Notes under the pieces: generated by a model
Databases searched by the model: none
What the model saw: the letters and a program-made list of their open reading frames with translations, nothing else
Told to the model about the DNA's origin: nothing
Shown: positions 19,690 through 28,795 of the stretch, piece after piece
Layout of the letters: each line of letters starts with the position of its first letter
Position numbering within the stretch: the first letter of the stretch is position 1
Position numbers and translations under genes: made by a program
Assembly: GCA_034530875.2 (NCBI GenBank)
Contig: JAVRCJ020000008.1
Span: 128,001-192,000, forward strand
Length of the DNA: 64,000 nt
Reading direction: 5' to 3'
Source: Nostoc sp. DedSLP01
Lineage (GTDB): Bacteria; Cyanobacteriota; Cyanobacteriia; Cyanobacteriales; Nostocaceae

Positions 19690-21714
19690 CTATTTTAAGG
19701 AAAAGTTTTCAGCACGATAACTAGATGCATTTTTATTGCTGTCTAAGCTATTTATTTCAGTGGTTGGATATTGAGGTCTATATTCAGGGATTAGTTGCTC
19801 AAGCAAAAATATAATTGAGTTTTTATCATTTTTATATGCTGCTCTCCTCAAAGCTTCGACAATGGAATTTAGATTTTCTGGAACAGTACGACTAGAGTTT
19901 TTCACTATTAACAATTTTTCATGTTGAGTCGGTTCGTATTCCTCTCCTGGAACAAATAATTCTTCATATAATTTTTCCCCTGGTCGCAAGCCTGTAAATA
20001 CAATTTGAATATCTTTGTTGACTTCATATCCTGAAAGACGAATGAGTTGTTTTGCTAAGTCAACTATTTTCACAGGTTTACCCATATTCATCATTAAAAC
20101 TTCACCACTGCGACCAAGTACTGCGGCTTGTAAAACAAGTTGCACTGCTTCTGGAATAGTCATGAAATAACGACAAATATCAGGATGGGTAACTCTGACT
20201 GGGCCGCCTGCTGCAATTTGTTTTTTGAAAGTAGGAACTACGCTGCCCCGGCTTCCCAAAACATTACCAAAACGCACAGCAACATAAGGCTTACCGCTTT
20301 GTCTTGCAGCTTGCAGTACTAACATTTCTGCAACTCTTTTACTGGCTCCCATAACATTGGTCGGATTGACTGCCTTATCTGTGGAAATCATCACAAAATG
20401 TGGAACATCGTATTGCAGAGCAATCTCTAACAAATTTTTTGTCCCAATCACATTGTTTGTGATTGCTTCTGAGGGGTTTAATTCCATCAGAGGAACGTGC
20501 TTATGAGCAGCAGCATGAAAAATTACATGAGGTTGGAATTGCTCAAAAACATGATGCAGTCGTTCTTGGAAGCGAATATCAGCAATTAAGATGGAGATTG
20601 AAGGAGTATATTGTTGTATTTTGCCCTCCTCTTTCATAGCTTCTACAATTTTTTCTAGCTCTTGTTGGATATTGAATACGGAGTTTTCTCCGTGCCCCAA
20701 GAGGAGAATTTGTGCTGGGCAGCACTGGCAAATTTGACGACAAAGTTCGCTACCAATTGAACCGCCTGCACCTGTAATTAATACTTTCTTGCCTTTGAGA
20801 AATTGAGCAACTATTTGAATATCTGTCTGTACGGGTTCGCGTCTGAGCAAATCTTCAATGCGTACATCGCGAATGCTATCTACTCGCACGCAACCATTGA
20901 GGATTTCGTGTATTCCTGGGAGAGTGCTAGTCTGAATACCATTTGCTTTGCAAATATCAACAATTTCGCGAATGACATGCCCTGCAACACTTGGCATTGC
21001 AATTATTACTTTGTGGATTTGCAGATATTTCACTACATTAGTTATGTAATGGCGATCGCCCATTACAGGAATACCACGAATATTGACATTCCATTTTTGG
21101 GGATCGTCGTCAATGAAGGCTACAGGATAGAAACCTAATTGCGGATTTATCTGCATTTCTTGTACTAACGAAACCCCTGCACTGCCAGCACCAACTATCA
21201 ATACTCGCTCGTGTGGATTCAAAACAGTTTGTTTATGGCTAATTCTTTCCACTGCCCGAACGCTGAAACGTAGCCCAGCAATAAAAATAAAGGAAAGTAA
21301 ACCATCAATAAATGGTATCGATTGTGGCAGTTTCTCTATATCAAAATAAGGTATGTTATGTAAAATTACAAACAAAAATTCTTGAATAACTACCGCAACC
21401 AATACCAGCATTGTGATATACGTCAAATCTTCAATACTGGCGTAGCGCCAGTAACGCCGATAAAAATTAAAACTCCAAAATAAAGTTAATTTGGTGACTA
21501 AAAACAGTATTGTGGCAATTACCAACTCCGATATATATTCCTTGATGATGATATCGCCATCTAAACGCAGCATCAAGGCTAATAAAGGTGTTATTGAAAA
21601 TAAAATCAGATCGCAAAAGAAAAAATGTCTATTTCTCAACAGGAGTAATTTGACTGAGAAATTTCTGGCAAACTTTTGCGAGAACGATTGGAAAGCAAAA
21701 ACAAAAAATTTCAT
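19690..21714 (-). CDS. Nucleoside-diphosphate-sugar 4,6-dehydratase (CapD/PglF/WbpM type)
   Basis: N-terminal TMs, IVGAGSAG, ITGAGGSIGSEL, HAAAHKHVPLME, ISTDKAVNPTNVMGASKR, RFGNVLGSRGSV, GLRPGEKL. Confidence 0.95.
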   Translation of the reverse strand: MKFFVFAFQSFSQKFARNFSVKLLLLRNRHFFFCDLILFSITPLLALMLRLDGDIIIKEYISELVIATILFLVTKLTLFWSFNFYRRYWRYASIEDLTYITMLVLVAVVIQEFLFVILHNIPYFDIEKLPQSIPFIDGLLSFIFIAGLRFSVRAVERISHKQTVLNPHERVLIVGAGSAGVSLVQEMQINPQLGFYPVAFIDDDPQKWNVNIRGIPVMGDRHYITNVVKYLQIHKVIIAMPSVAGHVIREIVDICKANGIQTSTLPGIHEILNGCVRVDSIRDVRIEDLLRREPVQTDIQIVAQFLKGKKVLITGAGGSIGSELCRQICQCCPAQILLLGHGENSVFNIQQELEKIVEAMKEEGKIQQYTPSISILIADIRFQERLHHVFEQFQPHVIFHAAAHKHVPLMELNPSEAITNNVIGTKNLLEIALQYDVPHFVMISTDKAVNPTNVMGASKRVAEMLVLQAARQSGKPYVAVRFGNVLGSRGSVVPTFKKQIAAGGPVRVTHPDICRYFMTIPEAVQLVLQAAVLGRSGEVLMMNMGKPVKIVDLAKQLIRLSGYEVNKDIQIVFTGLRPGEKLYEELFVPGEEYEPTQHEKLLIVKNSSRTVPENLNSIVEALRRAAYKNDKNSIIFLLEQLIPEYRPQYPTTEINSLDSNKNASSYRAENFSLK

Positions 21715-21910
21715 TTGAGTTTAAAGTATTTAATTTTTTAATGTTTCACGAATATTTTTTTAATAAAATTTACTAGTTTTATTTGCTCTGAATTGAAAAA
21801 TTTGTCATTTATAAAAATGCGAAAAACAGCAGCAACTAACATCCAGCCAGTTTTTAGCTAGGTCAAGACGGTAGTCTGAAAAATAAGGTAGAGTGATAGA
21901 GGGCTAGTAG

Positions 21911-21977
21911 CTGCTAAATTAAGATTTAGCAGTCAGAAATAACTCTGCCATCGCAGAGTTAGATGTTTTCTAAACTC
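21911..21977. promoter_or_regulatory. Twin perfect hairpins upstream of the polysaccharide operon
   Basis: CTGCTAAAT-TAAG-ATTTAGCAG and TAACTCTGC-CATC-GCAGAGTTA. Confidence 0.4.
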
Positions 21978-22060
21978 ATATCAACTTGCTAGACTAAATA
22001 TTAAGTAAATAACAGATTTGAGTCCGCCTGAATAGTACCACATTGCTAAATTAATATCAA

Positions 22061-22089
22061 CTTTGTAAATTGATATCAAATTTACAGAG
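22061..22089. promoter_or_regulatory. Near-perfect palindrome, candidate operator
   Basis: CTTTGTAAATTGATATCAAATTTACAGAG. Confidence 0.4.
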
Positions 22090-22989
22090 TATTTTAAACT
22101 CTTAAAATGCATCTGTTCTATCAGTAAGCCATGAGTAAGAGCTTGATACTATGAAACTTTTGTCAATTAAGTAATGGTACTTAAACTGATGCTGAGAATC
22201 AGGCTAGTCAACAGAATTTTGTGGCTAACAATCCCTTGATATTTAAAACTATCATTCATTGTTGCGTCAAAATCTATTTCTAAAGATAAATTTAATACTT
22301 CCTATTAGACCAAATTTTCACCATAATTTCTAGTTGACAGAAATTATTTTGTTTTCATTTCTGACCAATGGAATGATAGGAATCTGACTTGAATTTTGCA
22401 AGCACGCTGAGGCTCAAATCTTTATTTAGCAAAATTTTTATCTAAAAGACTTTTTATTCATCAAACTAGAACCCTGCCTTTCTCTTTACAGAAGAAATAA
22501 TATGGTTGCAGTAATTTGCAAGTATGTGTCCTCGATCACATAAGTAATGTGTTTCAAAGCATTGCTAGTTTAGACAAATTAATATACGAATTAACCGACA
22601 ATAAGAAGAAATATTATTATTTCCTAGCGGAATTATAACAAGTTTGTAAAAAACTAGCATTTTTGCTATTGTCGTTGTCAGATAAGGATTACAATAGCGC
22701 AACATTTGTTAAACAAACACCAGATATTCATGCCCATACATACCTTTAGTCCTCTAATTTTCGCGAGGATCTCAACTTTTGTAAAAATACCGCCCTGGTA
22801 AATAGAATTTGCGGCTATACACAAAAAACCCACCGACCGGGGTTTCAAACTCCTGAACTATTACTGCAAACAGGCTTGCGCTGAACTTTTTGTCCGCTGG
22901 CGTTCTGAATTGAACCGCGACAGTAGTATTGCGATGGCGATCGCTCTTTGATTTTCAAAAAAACTAAAAAACACCATAAATAAAATAAA

Positions 22990-23595
22990 TATAAAAAACA
23001 AGCGATCGCAACAGGATTTGTGCTTTTCTCTTTTATGTTGCCAACGAAAGCCTCTGGTGCGAGTTTCGATGGTTTTAATTTAATGCAAAAAACATTCTGG
23101 TGTTTAACTTGCCAGATTTAGGAAAGCTGCCAGGTGCTAAAATTGGTAATCGCAACCGTGCAACCCCCAGCAAATCTACTATTGAGTTGAACTCTGGTTT
23201 AGCAGCAATCGCGAGCGCTTTGAACCAAAGTAAAGATGTGAATATTATTCCTGTTAATATTTATTCTTTATTTAATCGGGCCAGTGAATTGGGTTTTACG
23301 AATACAACCCAGTCTTGTCGATCTCGGTTAGATGTTATGTAACCCAGTCAACAACAAGTTTCTCATCTGGGAGAATTTCCACCCAACCACCGCCGGTCAT
23401 CAGGTGATAGCGGCTACTGCACTGGCGGCGATTGAGTCTCAGTCTGTTCCGGAACCTTTGACAGAGTTGGGGACATTGTTGGCAATTGCTACTTTCGGTA
23501 CAGTAGGAGTACTCAAGCGCCAGCAAAAAAGTTCGGCACTTACGACTGCGGGTCTGATGTCTAGCGCACAATCGTCTCATACAGTTGACAACTAA
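22990..23595 (+). pseudogene. Degraded SGNH/GDSL hydrolase with PEP-CTERM tail
   Basis: Signal-peptide remnant KKQAIATGFVLFSFMLPTKASGASF with no ATG; GDSL block absent; frames shift to AKNILVFNLPDLGKLP and then to FLIWENFHPTTAGH...SVPEP...LKRQQK. Confidence 0.8.
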
Positions 23596-23603
23596 TATTA
23601 TTA

Positions 23604-24647
23604 ATGTGGGATTACGATCGCTTATTTGAAATAATTGCAGAGCTGGTGATGCATCATTCTCCTAGTGGTGCAGAAGCCGAAATTAACCAGTTGTTAATCC
23701 AACGATTTACGGCACTGGGTGTAGAAGTCTGGTGCGATCGCGCCGACAATATTATTGCAAAAATCCCTGGGCGAAGTCCAGACCGAGCAATCGCCATTAC
23801 AGCCCACAAAGATGAAATCGGGGCGATGGTCAAAACTCTTGGCGATGCAGGCCGTGTGGAAGTCCGCAAACTTGGCGGTGCTTTCCCTTGGGTTTATGGT
23901 GAAGGCGTTGTCGATTTACTGGGAGACAAGGAAACTATTAGCGGGATTCTCAGTTTTGGTTCTCGCCACGTTTCTCACGAATCTCCACAAAAAGTCCAGC
24001 AAGAAGATACTAGCGTCAAGTGGGAAAATGCCTGGATTGAAACCAAACGCACTACTGCTGAACTAGAAGCCGCGGGAATTCGACCGGGAACGAGAATGGT
24101 AATTGGCAAACATCGTAAATTGCCAATTAGATTAAAGGATCATATTGCTAGTTACACGTTAGATAACAAAGCTTCTGTTGCCATTTTGCTGGCTTTAGCC
24201 GAAAACCTCAAACAGCCAGCTGTTGATGTTTATTTGGTGGCTTCAGCAAAAGAAGAAGTCGGGGCAATTGGCGCGTTATTTTTCACTCAAAACCAGCGTT
24301 TAGATGCTTTAATTGCTTTAGAAATTTGTCCGTTATCTGAGGAATATCCTGTTAAAGATGGGGCAATTCCCGTACTTTTATCTCAAGATGCTTATGGGAT
24401 ATATGATGAGGGTTTAAACGGACAGATACGCCAATGCGCTCAGCAGTTGGATATGCAAATTCAGTTTACTACTCTGAGTGGATTTGGTAGCGATGCTTCA
24501 ATTGCGATGAAATTTGGACATGTCGGACGCGCTGCTTGTTTAGCGTTTCCTACCCAAAATACCCACGGTTATGAAATTGCTCATCTAGGAGCGATCGCTA
24601 ATTGTATTGATTTATTAAAAACCTTCTGCGAAACTGAGTTGGAGTAA
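23604..24647 (+). CDS. M42 family metallopeptidase
   Basis: HSPSGAE, TAHKDEIG, LDNKAS, KEEVG, GFGSDA, NTHGYE. Confidence 0.9.
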   Translation: MWDYDRLFEIIAELVMHHSPSGAEAEINQLLIQRFTALGVEVWCDRADNIIAKIPGRSPDRAIAITAHKDEIGAMVKTLGDAGRVEVRKLGGAFPWVYGEGVVDLLGDKETISGILSFGSRHVSHESPQKVQQEDTSVKWENAWIETKRTTAELEAAGIRPGTRMVIGKHRKLPIRLKDHIASYTLDNKASVAILLALAENLKQPAVDVYLVASAKEEVGAIGALFFTQNQRLDALIALEICPLSEEYPVKDGAIPVLLSQDAYGIYDEGLNGQIRQCAQQLDMQIQFTTLSGFGSDASIAMKFGHVGRAACLAFPTQNTHGYEIAHLGAIANCIDLLKTFCETELE

Positions 24648-24670
24648 TTGTCAATTTTTTTGGAATTTTT

Positions 24671-24716
24671 AGCCTGGGTTGGCATCCTTGGTTGATGTAG
24701 CTGAGGCTTTTTTTTT
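24671..24716 (+). terminator. Intrinsic terminator after the M42 gene, facing the tRNA 3' end
   Basis: AGCCTGGGTTGGCATC...GATGTAGCTGAGGCT followed by a long T run. Confidence 0.7.
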
Positions 24717-24779
24717 GAGTGGGATGTGCCTCAATGCTTGATTTATGTCAAACTTTAGTGTTTAGTAAAACTTAACTAA

Positions 24780-24851
24780 AGCCGATGACGGGATTTGAAC
24801 CCGTGGCCTGCTGATTACGAATCAGCTGCTCTACCACTGAGCCACATCGGC
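24780..24851 (-). tRNA. trnT: tRNA-Thr(CGT)
   Basis: Reverse complement GCCGATGTGGCTCAGTGGTAGAGCAGCTGATT-CGT-AATCAGCAGGCCACGGGTTCAAATCCCGTCATCGGCT folds as a cloverleaf; CCA not encoded. Confidence 0.97.
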
Positions 24852-24865
24852 GTACACAATCTGAT

Positions 24866-24874
24866 AGTATAGCA
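24866..24874 (-). promoter_or_regulatory. Extended -10 promoter element for tRNA-Thr
   Basis: TG-C-TATACT about 15 nt upstream of the tRNA 5' end. Confidence 0.55.
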
Positions 24875-24884
24875 TGATTCACTA

Positions 24885-25178
24885 ATGGTAAATCAAAATC
24901 CCAAAAATCGCCTCAACCCCGAACAATATAGCCGCCTCAAAGCAGAAATGGCAGCCCCTTATCGTGGTTTGCGACAATTTATCTATATTGCTTTTGGTGC
25001 TTCTGGCTTAATAGGGGCATTCATCTTTTTTTTCAGACTGCTTGCCGGACGAGATGTTGAAAGCGCTTTGCCTAACTTGGCTCTCCAAATAGGAATCGTA
25101 ACCCTGATGGTATTTCTCTGGCGCTGGGAGCAGCGTCGGCAAGAAAGTCGCAAATCGGGAAAAAATAGCAATTTGTAA
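24885..25178 (+). CDS. DUF3493 (LPA1-like) small two-TM protein
   Basis: RLKAEMAAPYRGLRQFIY.AFGASG..G followed by two TM helices. Confidence 0.8.
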   Translation: MVNQNPKNRLNPEQYSRLKAEMAAPYRGLRQFIYIAFGASGLIGAFIFFFRLLAGRDVESALPNLALQIGIVTLMVFLWRWEQRRQESRKSGKNSNL

Positions 25179-25473
25179 ACGAACATTAGCTATTAATTTT
25201 TTTTGGCGTTTTTGTTTTACGAATCTTGATATTCTTCAAATATATTAATAATTTGGTAAGAATTAAAATATCAGGAAAGAAAAAATAAAAAAATCATTAC
25301 AAAATTTCAAAAAGCAAAAATTTCTGAGAAACTGGAAATCGTTAAAACGGGGTCAGTCAATATAAAGACCTTGACTATAAACTCAATGCGATTTAAATGG
25401 GGTCATTTTTTTGGAGGCCCCAAATTTTATCTTTAAAAACGCTGAAAGTTAATAAAATAGCCAATATTGAAAA

Positions 25474-25502
25474 CGCCAGACTCAGAAATTCTGAGTCTGG
25501 CG
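25474..25502. terminator. Strong hairpin between convergent genes (bidirectional terminator)
   Basis: CGCCAGACTCAGAA-A-TTCTGAGTCTGGCG with A/T runs on either side. Confidence 0.75.
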
Positions 25503-25595
25503 CTTTTAATTAATCAATTAAGGGTTTAGTAACTGAGTTTTGGATGTTTAAGAGTTAGTTTTTAACTTGATTATCTACTCAAAACTCAACACTTT

Positions 25596-27290
25596 TTATT
25601 GAACTGTTACCAAATATGATGAAGGAATTGGTTGGGCACGTCCAGCATTGACGAGTGCTTGGTAAACAAAGGCAGCAACTTCGGCTCTAGTCGCCTGACG
25701 ATTTGGATTGAGTTGCTTAGCATTGGGATAGTTGATTACTAGTTGCCGTAGAGTTGCAGCAGCAACAGGGGCGATCGCATAATTAGGAATCTGGCTAGCA
25801 TCGGTGTAAAACGAGAGAACAGTCTGATCGGTGGCAGTTAAACCCAAACCATTTGCTAAAGCCACCAAAGCCTGGACTCTGGGAATTTGTTGCTGTGGCT
25901 TAAAAGTACCATCAGGATAACCAGAAACAAATTGACCTTGGTAAGCAGATTGAATTGCAGCGTAAGCCCAAAAATTGCTTGCAACATCTTTAAACTTAAT
26001 AGCTGGGCGTTTGGCTGCTGGTGTCAAAGCTTTAGTGATAATGGCAGCAAATTGAGCGCGGGTTACTGGTTCATTGGGTTTAAAAGTGCCATCAGGAAAC
26101 CCAGCAATAATATTTTGGGAAGCTAAGGCTTCAATGTAGGCTTTGGCCCAGTAATTTGCTGGCACATCTTTAAAGGCAACAGCTCCTCCAGGGGGTACGT
26201 CAACACTTCCAGCAACAAAATTTACTGAACCAACAATTCGTTTTTCATCGATATCGTTGCCAATAGCGAGAATTGTACCAGTCTTAGTCGCGTTGTTGAC
26301 ATCATAACGAACGTTATTGCGAATCAGATTGCCGCCAGGATTTTCATTGGTGCCAAGGTCTGGTAAAGCGCTAACAGTTGCGACAACACCATCTCGCTTA
26401 TTGTTTTGAATGACATTCTTACGCAATACAGGCTTAGCTGACTCTGAGATAAAAAGACCGTCTTGGTTATCGATAATTTGGTTTTCTATAACTAAGGGCG
26501 TAGAAGTGCCACCGATTGCTATACCAAAACCAGTATCCTGAAATAAGTTATTGCGAATTTCTCCTTGGGCAGCTCTTGCAACTGAAACTCCATTGCCTTT
26601 ATTTTGCACAAAGATGTTACTTTCAATTCTGGGGTTGCCTGTACCAGTGACAAAAACGCCCTCTCTGATGCTGTTAGTAAAAGTATTATTTCTGATAACG
26701 GGATTTGTTGACTCTACCCAAACACCAGTTCCCCGTTGATTTGGGTTGGTGACAGTAACACCCGTAATAGTTGTATCTTGCTCGGCAAGGATGGTAATGT
26801 CTTGTCTGGCAAACGTGCGACTAGTGTAGAAACCTCCACCAGAAATTAATATCGCTTGGCCTCTACTAGCTTCATCACCCCGCAGTGTCACTCCTGGTTT
26901 CAGCAGGATGGGAAAAGTTTCGCCACTTTCCTGGCTATAATTCCCAGGTGCGAGTTGAATCACTGTCCCTGCTTGGGCTTGATTGACAGCGAAAGTGATG
27001 GTTTTGTATGGTGCGTTGGCTGTTGCACCAGCACCAGCTGTATCTGCGCCAGCTGTGGGATTAACGTAAATGACTGTGGCAGTGGTGGGAGCTTGGGCTG
27101 TAAGAATTGGTGCGATACCTTCTGGATGAGTAGCACCAGCATTTACCTCGCTGGGTACTAGCATTGTCCCACCAGAAACAACCAACAAAGCCGTTAGCCC
27201 GGCTCCAATACGTAAAGTATATCTGAGATAACTGCTAGAAAAAAGGCGAAAATTGTTCGCAAAAGAAGTGTGAAGACCCCGATATTTCAT
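25596..27290 (-). CDS. DUF1565 beta-helix + S-layer homology (SLH) domain protein
   Basis: IYVNP..G.D, APYKTIT.A, LAPGNYS..SGETFP, parallel beta-helix repeats; three SLH repeats (FKDV..NYWA, GFPDGTFKP, TRAEVAA). Confidence 0.9.
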   Translation of the reverse strand: MKYRGLHTSFANNFRLFSSSYLRYTLRIGAGLTALLVVSGGTMLVPSEVNAGATHPEGIAPILTAQAPTTATVIYVNPTAGADTAGAGATANAPYKTITFAVNQAQAGTVIQLAPGNYSQESGETFPILLKPGVTLRGDEASRGQAILISGGGFYTSRTFARQDITILAEQDTTITGVTVTNPNQRGTGVWVESTNPVIRNNTFTNSIREGVFVTGTGNPRIESNIFVQNKGNGVSVARAAQGEIRNNLFQDTGFGIAIGGTSTPLVIENQIIDNQDGLFISESAKPVLRKNVIQNNKRDGVVATVSALPDLGTNENPGGNLIRNNVRYDVNNATKTGTILAIGNDIDEKRIVGSVNFVAGSVDVPPGGAVAFKDVPANYWAKAYIEALASQNIIAGFPDGTFKPNEPVTRAQFAAIITKALTPAAKRPAIKFKDVASNFWAYAAIQSAYQGQFVSGYPDGTFKPQQQIPRVQALVALANGLGLTATDQTVLSFYTDASQIPNYAIAPVAAATLRQLVINYPNAKQLNPNRQATRAEVAAFVYQALVNAGRAQPIPSSYLVTVQ

Positions 27291-27477
27291 TTTTTACGTC
27301 TGTAATGTGCTGAATTATAGTATGTAGACCAGGTTCAAGCAGCAGTGTAGTACCTGCTGTAAAACCCATGCAAAACTATACTGGATGATCGGCACTGATT
27401 CAGCTAAATTTCTTAGATACATCACAGAACTTATACATAAGTTATATAGTTTAATTCAGAAAATTTTACTAGAGCCT

Positions 27478-27582
27478 TATACAGCACATTGCAGCTTCGT
27501 GAGGTACAGATAATTTTAGGGGCGCTAAGCTTGGCGCCCCCCAACCCACATCTATGTATTAGGTATTTTGTGAAATGGAATA
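27478..27582. repeat. Degenerate miniature repeat element with a REP-like GC hairpin
   Basis: Central GGGGCGCTAAG-CTTGGCGCCCC palindrome at about 27519-27540 inside TATACAGCA...GAAATGGAATA; outer limits approximate. Confidence 0.4.
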
Positions 27583-27630
27583 AACTATGGTTCAAATGCT
27601 ATACACCAAGATTATCCCGCTAATGAAGTG

Positions 27631-27673
27631 GAAGTTGATGGCAATCGCTTGGAGAATCCCTACCATCAACTTC
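27631..27673. terminator. Hairpin downstream of the 65-aa ORF
   Basis: GAAGTTGATGG...CCATCAACTTC, 11-bp arms. Confidence 0.5.
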
Positions 27674-27698
27674 GTAACCGACAAGATTTACTGAGTAT

Positions 27699-27896
27699 CT
27701 AATAAGCCAAAGTTTCTAAAGTTTCTCTCAAATATCTTTGTACCTGCTGTTCCAAATGAAGTCCCTGTAATTGAGCGCCACGTTCTAGCTGCCAGCGTTG
27801 AAAACCGGAACTAGTGGAAATTGCACATTTGAGGCCATACCAAATTTCACTATCAGCAGAAAATCGGCGATCGCTATAAGCTGGAATTTGAGCCAT
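27699..27896 (-). CDS. Conserved small cyanobacterial hypothetical protein
   Basis: W..LK.AIS.SSGFQRWQ...YLRETLETLAY motif; AGGA upstream. Confidence 0.8.
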   Translation of the reverse strand: MAQIPAYSDRRFSADSEIWYGLKCAISTSSGFQRWQLERGAQLQGLHLEQQVQRYLRETLETLAY

Positions 27897-28070
27897 AATT
27901 CCTGATTCCTCAGTTACTAGTTATTGGGCATTAGGAGTGCTGTTAGCACAAGCAGCGCATTGAGCCGCGTTAGGAGTGAAGAGTTAATAATTAGGAGTTA
28001 GGAATTCCCGTTATCTCCCTATCTCCCCATTTCCCTGTGCTCCTTGTAGCCACTTCAAATAAAATAATAT

Positions 28071-28706
28071 TTACTCTGGGGGCTGCTGCGAATCTATGTT
28101 TCTTGCGAACAAAGATTCAAACAACCGGGGCAACATTTGATTAACCCGCACGCCTAAAATTGTAAAATCTTGTTTAATCTTGTCTAAAGATAGCGGTTCT
28201 ATGGCCGCAAATTCTGTGTCATTAGTCACCAAAACTCGCATGACACTAACAGGTATTTGTAAAAATAAATTGCTGGCTAAAAAGGCTAACGCCGCAAGTA
28301 TTAAACCAAGACTGCGCCATTGTGGTAAAAATTTAGCTGTATTTGCTACTGATGGCGCAATTCGATAAATATGCCATAGCGCCCAAATTGACAACACTGA
28401 TGTCAGTAAGGCTAGGATGCGATTTAACTTTGTGTTAGTTAAATAAAGGATTTTTCGCTGCCTCTCAGTCAAATTTTCTGGTTTTAAGGCTATTCCCAAA
28501 AGGCCAAAGATGTAAAAGGGGCGACGCAGCTGCATCCATAGCAACGGCAAAACACCAATGGCGGCTACTAAAAATAGTTCCATCCACACGGGCAAAAACG
28601 GTTCGCCGACGGATAGGAACAATAAACAGAGTATTGAAAAAATAGGTAACGTTGCTAACCCAGCAACGTGAATCCACAAAATTGGTTCAGAACGAAATGA
28701 AGCCAT
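28071..28706 (-). CDS. Cyanobacterial membrane protein (low-complexity tail membrane protein family)
   Basis: FRSEPILWIHVAGLA, four TMs, SNLFLQIPVSV; lies downstream of infB. Confidence 0.8.
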   Translation of the reverse strand: MASFRSEPILWIHVAGLATLPIFSILCLLFLSVGEPFLPVWMELFLVAAIGVLPLLWMQLRRPFYIFGLLGIALKPENLTERQRKILYLTNTKLNRILALLTSVLSIWALWHIYRIAPSVANTAKFLPQWRSLGLILAALAFLASNLFLQIPVSVMRVLVTNDTEFAAIEPLSLDKIKQDFTILGVRVNQMLPRLFESLFARNIDSQQPPE

Positions 28707-28715
28707 ATATTAAAG

Positions 28716-28782
28716 TTACGAGTTAAAAATTAAGAGTTAGGAGTTAGGAGCTTTTAACTCATAATTCCTAACTCCTAACTTC
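28716..28782 (-). terminator. STRR-type hairpin after infB
   Basis: (GAGTTAG)n...(CTAACTC)n inverted heptamer arrays just 3' of the infB stop. Confidence 0.55.
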
Positions 28783-28795
28783 TTTACCCTCACCA

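Noticed and set aside
21860..21880. ops/JUMPstart-like GACGGTAG upstream of the glycan operon
   Set aside because: Imperfect match, on the wrong strand for this operon
22785..22880. GC-richer patch upstream of the pseudogene as a possible ncRNA
   Set aside because: Looks like a decayed dispersed repeat; no convincing stable structure or terminator
1..24851. tRNA-Thr-anchored integrative island
   Set aside because: No integrase or duplicated tRNA 3' end seen, and an ordinary M42 gene with HIP1 sites intervenes; the far boundary is outside the window
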